A stretch of DNA of 64,000 bases, from NCBI GenBank assembly GCA_964536015.1, contig CAZHVS010000012.1, forward strand, positions 29,434 through 93,433, in the 5' to 3' direction. Both the position numbers and the translations under genes were made by a program. The stretch comes from an uncultured Ignavibacteriaceae bacterium. GTDB lineage: Bacteria; Bacteroidota; Ignavibacteria; Ignavibacteriales; Ignavibacteriaceae. The notes under the pieces are model-generated. The model had not been told where the DNA came from. It ran no database searches and saw only the letters and a program-made list of their open reading frames with translations. Shown piece after piece: positions 10,253 to 20,412 of the stretch (the first letter of the stretch is position 1; every line of letters starts with the position of its first letter).

Positions 10253-10269
10253 GCCGTTTAAAATATTTT

Positions 10270-10306
10270 AAGCCTTTACTTACTTTGTAAGGGCTTTTTT
10301 CTTTTT
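10270..10306 (+). terminator. rho-independent terminator after rpsT
   Basis: A 10-bp stem (AAGCCTTTAC / GTAAGGGCTT, one G-U pair) with a 7-nt loop, followed by TTTTCTTTTT. Confidence 0.7.
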
Positions 10307-10309
10307 AAA

Positions 10310-11821
10310 TTAACACAGGTCATCAATCGCATCTACACCAGAAGGCATTGGAAGATAAAATTTAATTTCCTGAAGTTTCCCATTTCGCTTTACAAGTCTG
10401 TTCACTTTTTTCTTAATCAACACACTATGTTCAATATGCACACCATCTTCTATAATTGAACCAAAGACGTAGCTTGTTCCTTTTATTAAAACATCTTTCC
10501 CAATGCGTAAAGGGAATTCATCGCTGCCCGTCATATTAACGCTTGATTCAATCTTGGAATTATCTCCTATCTCAATATTACCTTTAATAATATCTCCCCA
10601 AAATATTTCAACATTATTACCGATTACAAATTTTTGTTCTGGAAACGTAGAAAGGTAAGCATTTTCCCATACTGTAACATTTTTGCCAAAAATGACATTA
10701 CCATTTACATAAACATTCTTTTTAAGCCGTATGTTGTAATTTAATTTAACCCCTTTTCCTATATAAACTCCTTTCCCTATACTAATATCAAGTGGAGAAC
10801 CTTTTCTGTCTGCGTCTATAATTTCGTTTACCACACTTTCTTCTATAAAAAAATCATCCGGGTCTTCAATTTCAACTATGTTTTTTATTTTATCATAAAT
10901 TTTATAACGATAAACTTTTTCCATTTCCTTTAAAACAGATTTATCGTTAAAGCCCATTACAACATACTGCTCTTCAGGACTGATTGCATTAACAGTATAT
11001 TTATGTTTATTAAAAATGGCTATTAAATCTGTAATATAAATTTCATTCTGAGCGTTGTTGCTTGTAAGCAGATTAATGGTTTCGGCTAATTTATTGAATT
11101 TAAACGCATAAACTCCGGAATTGAATTCGCGGTTTTCTATCAACTCCTGTTTTGTAAATTCATAAATTCTCTGATTGAAAGTTGTTCTGTACTTCTCGTT
11201 GTTATTAAGTACAAGAATGTCTTTATATTCCATTATTTCAATCACTTTTCCAGTATCTTCTTTTGAGGGAGTTCCTTCGGAGTCGTATTCCTTAACTCTT
11301 AAAATTCTTCCGTAAGAATTTTCGCTTACAGGTCCCTGGTAAATTCCGGTAAGTACCATCATATCGGAATCAGAATTAATAAATTGCTGTCTGAACATTT
11401 TTATTGTTGCTTCATCAAGCAGCCCCATATCGCCGGGAAGCACATAAACCAATCCTTCATACTTATCCTTTTTAATTTTATCCAACCCTGTCTGAACTGC
11501 ATGTCCCGTTCCTTTTTGTTCAGATTGATAAGCAAACACATTGTTTTTCCTTTTCCCGATAACCTGCATAACATCTAGAGCTTTAATACCAACAATAATG
11601 ATAGTATTCAGATTTTCAATTCCATATACACAAGCGTTATAGACTCTTTCAACTGTAGAAACACCCCAGATACTATGAAGCATTTTGGATTTGTGAGATT
11701 TTATTCTTTTTCCATGTCCCGCAGCAAGTATTATAGCGGTTTCTTTCAGTTTATAATTCAAACCTGCGGAAAGTTCTTCGGCTAATTGATATATATTGCT
11801 TTTTTCCACTTCACTTCTCAT
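10310..11821 (-). CDS. GlmU-like sugar-1-phosphate nucleotidyltransferase / left-handed beta-helix acyltransferase
   Basis: N-terminal ILAAGHGKRIKSHKSKMLH nucleotidyltransferase motif. The C-terminal hexapeptide-repeat region is rich in [IV]G.N. At 503 aa it is longer than typical GlmU. Confidence 0.65.
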   Translation of the reverse strand: MRSEVEKSNIYQLAEELSAGLNYKLKETAIILAAGHGKRIKSHKSKMLHSIWGVSTVERVYNACVYGIENLNTIIIVGIKALDVMQVIGKRKNNVFAYQSEQKGTGHAVQTGLDKIKKDKYEGLVYVLPGDMGLLDEATIKMFRQQFINSDSDMMVLTGIYQGPVSENSYGRILRVKEYDSEGTPSKEDTGKVIEIMEYKDILVLNNNEKYRTTFNQRIYEFTKQELIENREFNSGVYAFKFNKLAETINLLTSNNAQNEIYITDLIAIFNKHKYTVNAISPEEQYVVMGFNDKSVLKEMEKVYRYKIYDKIKNIVEIEDPDDFFIEESVVNEIIDADRKGSPLDISIGKGVYIGKGVKLNYNIRLKKNVYVNGNVIFGKNVTVWENAYLSTFPEQKFVIGNNVEIFWGDIIKGNIEIGDNSKIESSVNMTGSDEFPLRIGKDVLIKGTSYVFGSIIEDGVHIEHSVLIKKKVNRLVKRNGKLQEIKFYLPMPSGVDAIDDLC

Positions 11822-11992
11822 ATAATTTATAAATTCATCTTTAAATTAAAGAACCCCGATTCCTTTTCAAAACCATCTGTTCGGTATTGAACTATCTTTC
11901 TTTTAACTTGTTATTAATTTTGATAAACAATTATAAATGTTGTAGAAATAATTTTCATCTATTAATTTGCAAACAAAAAAGAGAAAGATGTT

Positions 11993-12535
11993 ATGATACA
12001 AGTAGTTGATGTAGAATTAACTCCAAACCCGCATGCATTAAAATTTATTTTGAAAGAAAAAATATTGAATCACGACACAAGGCAGTACCATAAAAAAGAA
12101 GATGCAGAAAATGATCCTCTTGCAAAAGGAATTTTCGGGCTTCCTGGAGTTGTTAGTGTTTTTTATATGGATAAGTTCATTACGGTTGAAAAGAACAAAG
12201 AAACTCAGTGGGGACAAATACAACGCCCTCTTGTAGATTTTTTGAAAGAATTTGACAATTCATTAATTCCACCAGAGGTTGAAGTAAAAATTGATAATGC
12301 GGAACAAAGCGAACTCTTGAAACAGATAAATAATATTCTCGATCAGAAAGTTCGTCCTGCTTTAGCATATGATGGCGGCGGACTTGAAGTAATTGGCTTA
12401 AATGGCTATACACTTAAAATACGCTACCAGGGAGCCTGTGGAAGCTGTCCGACTTCAATACGGGGAACTCTTGCAGCTATTGAAAATCTTCTTAAGCGAG
12501 ATGTAAATCCCAATATTGAAGTGATTCCTGCTTAA
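11993..12535 (+). CDS. NifU/Nfu-family Fe-S cluster scaffold protein
   Basis: Nfu N-terminal-like domain plus C-terminal VRPALAYDGGGLEVIG...GACGSCPTSIRGTLAAIENLL (the CxxC NifU C-terminal motif). Confidence 0.8.
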   Translation: MIQVVDVELTPNPHALKFILKEKILNHDTRQYHKKEDAENDPLAKGIFGLPGVVSVFYMDKFITVEKNKETQWGQIQRPLVDFLKEFDNSLIPPEVEVKIDNAEQSELLKQINNILDQKVRPALAYDGGGLEVIGLNGYTLKIRYQGACGSCPTSIRGTLAAIENLLKRDVNPNIEVIPA

Positions 12536-12556
12536 GATAATTTCTTAAACTATTTG

Positions 12557-12588
12557 AGGAAGTAATTTTTTATTGCTTCCTTTTTTTG
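12557..12588 (+). terminator. rho-independent terminator after the nifU-like gene
   Basis: GGAAGTAAT / ATTGCTTCC stem with a TTTTT loop, followed by a T7 run. Confidence 0.65.
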
Positions 12589-12663
12589 TTATTTTTCTTT
12601 AAGTCCTTTAACAAATGATTTGTTCAATAAAAAGTATTACATAAACTATCTTCGGACAATGCA

Positions 12664-13179
12664 ATGAAGAAAGAAGAAAAAAAAGTTTTCTATACATCCA
12701 TTACATTAAAGGGTATTAAATTTAATATCTATTCCTCGGCAAATGGTATTTGCAGAATTGAACTAAACAAAACCTCCGACAAAAAATTTTACACAAAAAA
12801 GACAAAGCTACAAGAAGATGACCCCTATTTATTTAATGTAGTTGAACAACTAAAGGATTATTTTGCCGGAAAACTAAAAGTGTTCAATGTTCCTTTAGAT
12901 TTAAGCGGAACACCATTTCAGTTACGGGTATGGGACGAGTTATTGAAAATCCCTTATGGTGAAACAGCAAGTTATAAAGATATTGCTATTAAACTCGGAG
13001 ATGCAAACTTAGTAAGAGCAGTTGGAAGGGCAAATGGCGCAAACCCCGTCCCTGTAATTATTCCCTGCCACAGAGTGATTAACTCAAATGGCAATCTCGG
13101 TGGTTATTCCGGTGGTATGGATATAAAAATAAAACTACTTGAAATTGAGGGTTATCTGCCTCTTGAATTATTTGAATAA
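12664..13179 (+). CDS. ogt: methylated-DNA--protein-cysteine methyltransferase
   Basis: Active-site motif IPCHRV (VIIPCHRVINSNG) and preceding YGETASYKDIA. Confidence 0.9.
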   Translation: MKKEEKKVFYTSITLKGIKFNIYSSANGICRIELNKTSDKKFYTKKTKLQEDDPYLFNVVEQLKDYFAGKLKVFNVPLDLSGTPFQLRVWDELLKIPYGETASYKDIAIKLGDANLVRAVGRANGANPVPVIIPCHRVINSNGNLGGYSGGMDIKIKLLEIEGYLPLELFE

Positions 13180-14345
13180 GATAATTTTGATTTTGTAAAA
13201 AATAAAATCATAAGAAAAATAACAAGAGAAGAAATTCCGGAGAAATAAAATGGTGCTGATGCACCAAACTTATCCCACAACACTCCCGCAAAAAAAGAAC
13301 CCAGCATGACTGCAAAGCTGGAAAGCATAGTTAAAAGTCCAATTCCACTTCCCCGTTGATCATCGGGAATTAAATCTGCTACCCAGGCTTTTGTAATGCC
13401 TTCAGAAGATGCTGCATAAATTCCATAAAAAGCAAACAGAACAAAAACAATGTTAATATTATTTATCACACCAAAACCGATGTAAACCAAAGAATAAATC
13501 AATAGTCCGGTTAAGAATATTTTTTTCTTTCCAAATTTATCTGAAACTTTTCCTATTGGGTATGATAAACCTGCGTAAACGAGATTGTAAAATATATATC
13601 CCGCAAGAGATGCGGTTTCGGAACCAGAAATGTCTTTTGTTTTAAGAATCAAAAACACATCACTGCTGTTAACAAAAGAGAAAGCCACAAACAAAAACAG
13701 AAGCAGTTTGTATTCTTTAGGAGATCCTTTCCAGAATTCCAGATAACTCAGTCGGTTATTTTTGTTAGATGAAACAAAATTATCTTTAACAAAAAAAGTT
13801 GATACCACTGCAACAATCGAAGGAATAAAGGCAACAAGAAATATTAAAATATAATTTGCCGGATAAAAATAAAGCAGTATTAGTGCGGCTATTGGTCCTA
13901 TTGCAGCTCCAAGCGTATCCATCCCTCTGTGAAAACCAAAAACTGATCCGCTGTTACTTTTGTCCGAATAACTTGCCAGTAAAGCGTCTCTTGGTGCGGT
14001 TCGTATTCCTTTTCCAACCCGATCGGCTACTCTTGAACCAACTACCATTGGCAAAGAAGGAATAAGAGCCGGTAATGGCTTTGCTATTGCAGATAAACCA
14101 TAACCAAGAGAAACAAACAATGATCTTTTTCTGACTTTATCAGATAAATTGCCAAAGTAACCTTTTAAAAATCCGGCAGTTAATTCTGCAATACCTTCAA
14201 TAATTCCGACCATTGCCATTGATGCACCAAGTGTGGCTGTTAGAAACAAAGGTGTTACCGGATAAAGCATTTCGCTTGCTATGTCTGTAAAAAGACTAAT
14301 AAAGCCTAAAAGAACAACCTGTTTTGGAATTTTATTTTTCAACAT
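13152..14345 (-). CDS. MFS transporter
   Basis: About 12 predicted TM helices. The loop motif DRVGKGIR and overall architecture fit the major facilitator superfamily. Its 3' end overlaps ogt convergently by 28 nt. Confidence 0.8.
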   Translation of the reverse strand: MLKNKIPKQVVLLGFISLFTDIASEMLYPVTPLFLTATLGASMAMVGIIEGIAELTAGFLKGYFGNLSDKVRKRSLFVSLGYGLSAIAKPLPALIPSLPMVVGSRVADRVGKGIRTAPRDALLASYSDKSNSGSVFGFHRGMDTLGAAIGPIAALILLYFYPANYILIFLVAFIPSIVAVVSTFFVKDNFVSSNKNNRLSYLEFWKGSPKEYKLLLFLFVAFSFVNSSDVFLILKTKDISGSETASLAGYIFYNLVYAGLSYPIGKVSDKFGKKKIFLTGLLIYSLVYIGFGVINNINIVFVLFAFYGIYAASSEGITKAWVADLIPDDQRGSGIGLLTMLSSFAVMLGSFFAGVLWDKFGASAPFYFSGISSLVIFLMILFFTKSKLSYSNNSRGR

Positions 14346-14411
14346 TAACTTATTTATTTTGTTTATTAAGTTTGCACTGAAACTTAAGAAAAATATTTTT
14401 ATATAAAGAGG

Positions 14412-15173
14412 ATGAAAATGCGAAAGAAAATTATTGCCGGTAACTGGAAAATGAATATGAATCTTACTGAGTCAATTTCTTTAATATCGGAATTAAAAAA
14501 TATACTGAATAAAGAAATAGTTAATTGTGAAGTAATAATATGTCCGCCATTCACATCGCTTGAAGCTGCGGCTACTCTAATTAAAGATTCGGAGTTGAAA
14601 CTTGGTGCACAAAATCTTTACTTTGAAGAAAGCGGTGCTTATACCGGAGAAATTTCTGCTTCAATGCTAAAAAGTGTTGGTTGTGAATTTGTAATAATCG
14701 GTCACTCCGAAAGAAGAACTATCTTTAAAGAAACTGACGAGATGATAAATAAAAAAATTGTAAAAGCATTATCGGGCGGACTTAAACCAATTTTTTGCAT
14801 TGGGGAGACGCTTGATGAAAGAGAAAACGGAATTACTTTTAATGTAATAGAAAAACAAGTAGTTGAAGGACTAAAAAATATTTCCGAAAATGATTTAAGA
14901 AATATCGTAATCGCATACGAACCTGTCTGGGCTATAGGAACAGGTAAAAATGCTACTCCGCAGCAAGCAGAAGAAGTGCACACTTTTATCAGAAACCTGT
15001 TAAAAAAGATTTACAGCAATTACGCTGCCGAAGCGATGATAATACAATATGGCGGTAGTGTTAAACCAGACAATGCAAAAGAATTATTGTCTCAGCCAAA
15101 TATTGATGGGGCACTTGTCGGTGGCGCTTGTCTAAAAGTTGATTCTTTTATCGGAATAATTAAATCCTGTTAA
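14412..15173 (+). CDS. tpiA: triosephosphate isomerase
   Basis: IIAGNWKMN, IIGHSERR, AYEPVWAIGTG and YGGSV motifs. Confidence 0.95.
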   Translation: MKMRKKIIAGNWKMNMNLTESISLISELKNILNKEIVNCEVIICPPFTSLEAAATLIKDSELKLGAQNLYFEESGAYTGEISASMLKSVGCEFVIIGHSERRTIFKETDEMINKKIVKALSGGLKPIFCIGETLDERENGITFNVIEKQVVEGLKNISENDLRNIVIAYEPVWAIGTGKNATPQQAEEVHTFIRNLLKKIYSNYAAEAMIIQYGGSVKPDNAKELLSQPNIDGALVGGACLKVDSFIGIIKSC

Positions 15174-15188
15174 AACAATTTTTAAAAC

Positions 15189-16850
15189 ATGAAACCGCTA
15201 AAAAAACGAAGATCCTTTTTAGGAGTAAGAACTAGCAGAAGAAATGCTCTTTTGCTTATCCGTTTGTTTTTAATATTGGTTTCACTCATTTCATTTAATA
15301 CAATTGCATTTAAATTATTGATGTTGAATGAAGGTCGTGATTGCAGCTGGATAACTTCTTTCTACTGGACAAGTACAAATATGTCCACACTTGGTCTTGG
15401 TGATATTGTATTTAACTCTGACATTGGAAAGTTATTTACTGTTTTTGTAAATCTTTCAGGACTTGTATTTATAATTGTCATCGTTCCCTTTACTTTCTTT
15501 CAGTTGTTCCAGTCGACAGCAAGAATTCACAAAGAACTATCTCAGCAGGTTCGTGGACATGTAATAATCACTAATTTCAACAACGTAACAAAATCATTAA
15601 TAAGTAAATTTAAAAACTATCGTATCCCGTATGTTTTATTAGTTCCCAATTTAAAGCAAGCGGCGGCTCTTATCGATGAAAACTATAAAGTCGTTGCAAG
15701 AGAAATAGACGACCCTGAGTCTTATGAACATCTACAAGTTGATCAATCGCTTGGATTTGTTTTAGCGGGAGATGATTTTGAAAACGCATCTACGGCTTTT
15801 GCAATAAGACAAACGACAAAGAATAAAAACATCATTTCTCTTGCTACAATGAAGAGCGCTGAAGATGTGCTTAATTCAGCAGGCGTTAATCATATAATCA
15901 AACTAGATGAAATGATGGGAAAATCACTCTCAAGAAGAATTGTATCGGGTGATGCTCTTGCTCATATTATCGGTGAGTTTGACAATTTAAGAATTGCCGA
16001 AGCAACAGTAAGGAGAACTCCGCTAGCGGGCAAATTAATTAAAGAAACAAATTTACGTGAACTAATAGGTGTATCAATTGTCGGTATCTGGGAAAATGGA
16101 ATTTTTAACATTGCCAAGCCCGATTCAGTAATTACAGAAAAGTCTGTACTTGTTTTAGCAGGCTCACAAGAACAAATAGAAAGATATAATGAACTTTTCT
16201 GTATTTACAATATCGAAATTGGTCCTATAATAGTTGTTGGCGGAGGAAATGTTGGAAAAGCTTTAAGTGCTTCTTTAATAGAAAGACAGCTTGAACATAT
16301 AGTTATTGAAAAAGAACCAAAAGTAATCGCCGGCGATAATTTTTTATCAGGTGATGCAAGTAACATTGAAGTATTAAAAAAAGCTGGAATTGAAAAGGCT
16401 CACGCAATTGCAATTACCACGCACGATGATCATACAAATATTTTTTTAACGGCATTAATCAGGAAGTTGAGACCCGACATTCAAATTATCAGCAGGGCAA
16501 CTCTTGAAAGGACGGTTCAATTACTTTACAATGCTGGCTGTGATATTGTTATGTCATACGCTTCAATGGGTTCAAGCAGTATTTTTAATCTTTTGCAAAA
16601 TGAAAACATTTTAATGATCGCAGAAGGTGTAGATGTTTTTAAAGTTGAAGTTCCAACAAAGCTTGCAAATAAAACTATTCTTAATTCATGCATTAGAGAA
16701 TTAACCGGTTGCAGTATTGTGGCACTGATTCACAACAACGACTTTGTTGTGAATCCCAAGGCAGCAACAATTCTTGCACCCGGTCAATCAATAATTTTAA
16801 TTGGTACTGTTGAAGCCGAAAAAATCTTTTTTGAAAAATTTATAAATTAA
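15189..16850 (+). CDS. potassium-channel-type protein with two RCK/TrkA domains
   Basis: Pore-loop sequence STLGLGD (a variant of TxGYGD) between two TM helices, followed by two Rossmann-like RCK domains (the second has GGGNVGKAL). Confidence 0.75.
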   Translation: MKPLKKRRSFLGVRTSRRNALLLIRLFLILVSLISFNTIAFKLLMLNEGRDCSWITSFYWTSTNMSTLGLGDIVFNSDIGKLFTVFVNLSGLVFIIVIVPFTFFQLFQSTARIHKELSQQVRGHVIITNFNNVTKSLISKFKNYRIPYVLLVPNLKQAAALIDENYKVVAREIDDPESYEHLQVDQSLGFVLAGDDFENASTAFAIRQTTKNKNIISLATMKSAEDVLNSAGVNHIIKLDEMMGKSLSRRIVSGDALAHIIGEFDNLRIAEATVRRTPLAGKLIKETNLRELIGVSIVGIWENGIFNIAKPDSVITEKSVLVLAGSQEQIERYNELFCIYNIEIGPIIVVGGGNVGKALSASLIERQLEHIVIEKEPKVIAGDNFLSGDASNIEVLKKAGIEKAHAIAITTHDDHTNIFLTALIRKLRPDIQIISRATLERTVQLLYNAGCDIVMSYASMGSSSIFNLLQNENILMIAEGVDVFKVEVPTKLANKTILNSCIRELTGCSIVALIHNNDFVVNPKAATILAPGQSIILIGTVEAEKIFFEKFIN

Positions 16851-16852
16851 CT

Positions 16853-19036
16853 TTATAATTCTCTCAAAATAAATTCAAGCATCATATTATAAAGATGTAT
16901 TCTTGCCATTCCCCCATAAATGCTATGTTCTTTTTCAGGATAAAACATTGTCTGAAATTGTTTATTTGCATCAATCAGTTTTTCCACCAGCTTAACCGAG
17001 TTCTGAAAATGAACATTATCATCAAGAGTTCCATGAACCAGCAATAGTTTACCTTTATAATTATTAACATAGTGAAGAACAGAATTCGTATCATAACCTG
17101 CTTCATTATATTTTGGAAGAGACATATATCTTTCCGTATAGATATTGTCATAAAATCTCCAGTTAGTAACTGGGGCAACAGCAATTGCCATTTTGAAATA
17201 ATCTGCACCTTTAAATAAAGTTAATGCCGAAGAAAATCCACCATAGCTCCATCCCCAGATTCCAATTCGTTTTGAATCGATATAAGGAAGAGAAGAAAGA
17301 TATTTTGCGGCTTGAATGAAATCATTTGATTCCCAATATCCCATTTTTTTATAAGCAAGATTTCTAAATGCTTTTCCCCGAAAACCCGTTCCTCTTGGAT
17401 CCACAGAAAAAACAATATAACCTTTTTGAGCAAGAAGTTGATTCCATAGTAATCTTCCCCACTGATCCAAAACAGCTTGAGAGCCAGGTCCGCCATAAAT
17501 ATCAAACAGAACCGGATATTTTTTGTCGGGCTCAAAATTTGCAGGTTTCATCATCCAGCAATTTAATTCAACCCCATCTTCTGTTATAAATGTTAGTATT
17601 TCGGTTTTTGCCAGGTTATATTCTTTAAAGATTGTAGCCATATCATTAACAACAAGATCACTTAATTTAACACCATCAGTTTGATACAGATAAATGTTTG
17701 TCATCTTATTAATGTTAGAATACCTGTCAATAAAATATTTACAATTCGGAGAAACATTTACAACATGAGTTCCTTCATCTTCTGATAATCTCTTTTTATC
17801 TTTTCCATCAAAACTAATTGAATATAAATCTCTTCTTAACGGACTTCTTTCGCTTGATGTATAATAAAGTATTTTATTTGCTTCGTCAACCTGTAAAAGT
17901 TTATCAACTTCCCATTCGCCTTTAGTAATTTGATTTATTAGTTTGCCATCATAATCAAATAAGTACAAATGATTCCATCCATCCTGTTCCGATGACCAGA
18001 TAAAATGTTTTTTATCTTTTAAAAACGTCAAATCGTCATTCACATCAACCCAGCAAGGGTCTGAAAATGTTAAAATTGTTTTTGATTTTCCTGTTAAAGC
18101 ATCTGCAAACAACAACTCCATTTTGTTTTGAAGTCTGTTCATTCTTTGAATTGAAAGCAAATTGGGGTCGGCAGTAAATTTTATTCTTGGAATATAAAAA
18201 TCTTTTTCCTCACCAAGACTTGCCCATACAACTTTGTTGTTTTCAAGATTCACAATTCCAATTTTAACAATTGCATTATTATCTCCTGCTTTAGGATAAC
18301 GCATTTCATAAAAGTTTAAGTGAAGCGAATCATATTTTTGTATTTTCACAATCGGCTCGGGTGATTGGTCTAATCTCCAGAATGCAATTTTTTTACTGTC
18401 AGGCGACCATTCTATTCCATTAATAATTGAAAATTCTTCTTCATAAACCCAATCAAATAAACCATTCAGGATTACATCGCTTCCGTCAAACGTTAACTGA
18501 GTTTCTTTTCTTGTTTCAATATCCACACACCAAATATTATTGTTTCTTACAAATGCTAACTTTTTACTATCGGGAGAGAAAGTTGCATTAACCTGTTCTT
18601 CGTCTGATTCTGCAAGGATAAAGAAATTCTTTTTCCAAGTATCGTAAATATAAAAAGTTCCGCCTGTCTTTATTGAACGGGCGAACAAAACACCTGTAAA
18701 TAAAACATATCTTTCGTCAGGTGACCAGGAATAGTTTTGAATTGAAAAAGGTTTATCGTCTTCATTTATTTTTAATTGATTTGCAGAAATTAAAATTTCC
18801 TCGGCACCGGTTTTTATAATATGCTGAAATATTGAAACAGCTTTTGCCTCTGGATCCATTTTCATAAAAGAATATTTTTCTCCTCCATCAAACCACTGCA
18901 CTCCACTTAAACCCTTTCCAAAAAAATCGCGGTTAGAATAGATTGATTCAACAGAGAATTCTTTTGTTTGGGTAATACATACTGTGCTGAAGAGAATTAA
19001 TACGTTTATAATTGCTAATGAAATTTTTTTAAGCAT
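16853..19036 (-). CDS. dipeptidyl-peptidase IV (S9B family serine peptidase)
   Basis: DPP-IV N-terminal propeller region and C-terminal catalytic GWSYGG serine motif, with a signal peptide. Confidence 0.9.
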   Translation of the reverse strand: MLKKISLAIINVLILFSTVCITQTKEFSVESIYSNRDFFGKGLSGVQWFDGGEKYSFMKMDPEAKAVSIFQHIIKTGAEEILISANQLKINEDDKPFSIQNYSWSPDERYVLFTGVLFARSIKTGGTFYIYDTWKKNFFILAESDEEQVNATFSPDSKKLAFVRNNNIWCVDIETRKETQLTFDGSDVILNGLFDWVYEEEFSIINGIEWSPDSKKIAFWRLDQSPEPIVKIQKYDSLHLNFYEMRYPKAGDNNAIVKIGIVNLENNKVVWASLGEEKDFYIPRIKFTADPNLLSIQRMNRLQNKMELLFADALTGKSKTILTFSDPCWVDVNDDLTFLKDKKHFIWSSEQDGWNHLYLFDYDGKLINQITKGEWEVDKLLQVDEANKILYYTSSERSPLRRDLYSISFDGKDKKRLSEDEGTHVVNVSPNCKYFIDRYSNINKMTNIYLYQTDGVKLSDLVVNDMATIFKEYNLAKTEILTFITEDGVELNCWMMKPANFEPDKKYPVLFDIYGGPGSQAVLDQWGRLLWNQLLAQKGYIVFSVDPRGTGFRGKAFRNLAYKKMGYWESNDFIQAAKYLSSLPYIDSKRIGIWGWSYGGFSSALTLFKGADYFKMAIAVAPVTNWRFYDNIYTERYMSLPKYNEAGYDTNSVLHYVNNYKGKLLLVHGTLDDNVHFQNSVKLVEKLIDANKQFQTMFYPEKEHSIYGGMARIHLYNMMLEFILREL

Positions 19037-19071
19037 TATTAAGCTCCATTTTTATTATTAAAACTTTAGTC

Positions 19072-20205
19072 TCATATAAAATTAAATCTGAATGAAGCGA
19101 GTATTTGTTTCCATTTATCGCTTACAATATTCTTGGGTATAAAGTAATTATTAAATTCTCTTCTAAGGAAATAATTTTTTCTAAGCAGGTCAAAATTTTT
19201 CCCAACTGAATTCAAGTCAGATAAAATATTGCTTTTTGTCTTCTCTGAATCAGCATTGATATCATAAATACTTTTAAGAATGTAATTATAAAGTTCATTT
19301 TCAGTTAGAAAATCTTTTGGTCGCATAAAGCTATCGGCGGGAGGTTTCAAGAGAGGCTTCCATGTCGCAGCAATCTTCAAATTTTTGCATAAAGCATCAT
19401 AAATTATTTTCGTTCCGTTTACTTTTCCTTCAAGCGAGTATCCCGCCACATGAGGAGTTGCAACATTAACTAATTTTAACAGTTCGGTATTAATTGCAGG
19501 TTCATTTTCCCATACATCCAAAACAACTTCGAGATTCTTCTTGCTGATAAGATTAATAAGTTGCTTGTTATCAACTACTTCTCCTCTTGCCGCGTTGATG
19601 AATAAACTTCCTTCTTTAACATTAAAAAGATTATTTTCATTAAAGAGATGAAATGTTTTATCAATCCCCGACAATGTTAATGGAGTATGAATAGTGATAA
19701 TATCTGCTTCAAAAACTTTTTCCAATGAATGAAAATCAATTCCTGTTTCGGTTCTTTGCCGTGGAGGATCATTAAGAACTGTCTTCAATCCGATTTTGCG
19801 GGCATAATAATCTACTTTGCTTCCAATTTCTCCAACGCCAACAATCCCAAGAGTTAAATCAGAAAAATTTTTTCTGTTTCTGTTTGCCCATTCTGCAATA
19901 GCTGTAATTACATACTCAACAACAGCATAAGCGTTGCAACCCTTTGCGTCTGAAAAAGCAATACCAGCTTCGTTTAAATAATCAACATCAATATGATCTC
20001 TTCCGATTGTTGCGGTACCAACAAATTTAACATTTGTGTTTTCAAGCAAAGATTTATTTACTTTAGTAACTGACCTAACTATTAAAGCGTCTGCATCAAT
20101 CAAATCTTTATTAGAAATATTCCTGCCATGCATCAGTTTTACACTGCCAATTTGTCCAAAAGCTTCTTCGGCAAAGGAAATATTTTCATCTATTACAAGT
20201 TTCAT
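19072..20205 (-). CDS. pdxB: 4-phosphoerythronate dehydrogenase
   Basis: D-2-hydroxyacid dehydrogenase fold (GIVGVGEIGS NAD site). The ~377 aa length with a C-terminal dimerisation extension is typical of PdxB. Confidence 0.8.
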   Translation of the reverse strand: MKLVIDENISFAEEAFGQIGSVKLMHGRNISNKDLIDADALIVRSVTKVNKSLLENTNVKFVGTATIGRDHIDVDYLNEAGIAFSDAKGCNAYAVVEYVITAIAEWANRNRKNFSDLTLGIVGVGEIGSKVDYYARKIGLKTVLNDPPRQRTETGIDFHSLEKVFEADIITIHTPLTLSGIDKTFHLFNENNLFNVKEGSLFINAARGEVVDNKQLINLISKKNLEVVLDVWENEPAINTELLKLVNVATPHVAGYSLEGKVNGTKIIYDALCKNLKIAATWKPLLKPPADSFMRPKDFLTENELYNYILKSIYDINADSEKTKSNILSDLNSVGKNFDLLRKNYFLRREFNNYFIPKNIVSDKWKQILASFRFNFI

Positions 20206-20412
20206 TTTTAAATAAATTTTTTTAGTTCAAATATAAAATAAAAATCAGGAAAGGATAAGTCCGATTAAAAACAACTGTAATCTGAAAAATTCAGAATCGC
20301 ACGGTTCTTCTTGTAAAAAAAAAAATTAATAATAACTTCATTCATAATTGCTTCGATTGATGGATTAAATCTTTGTAAATTGCATATTATATTTTGTAAG
20401 GATTATAACTAA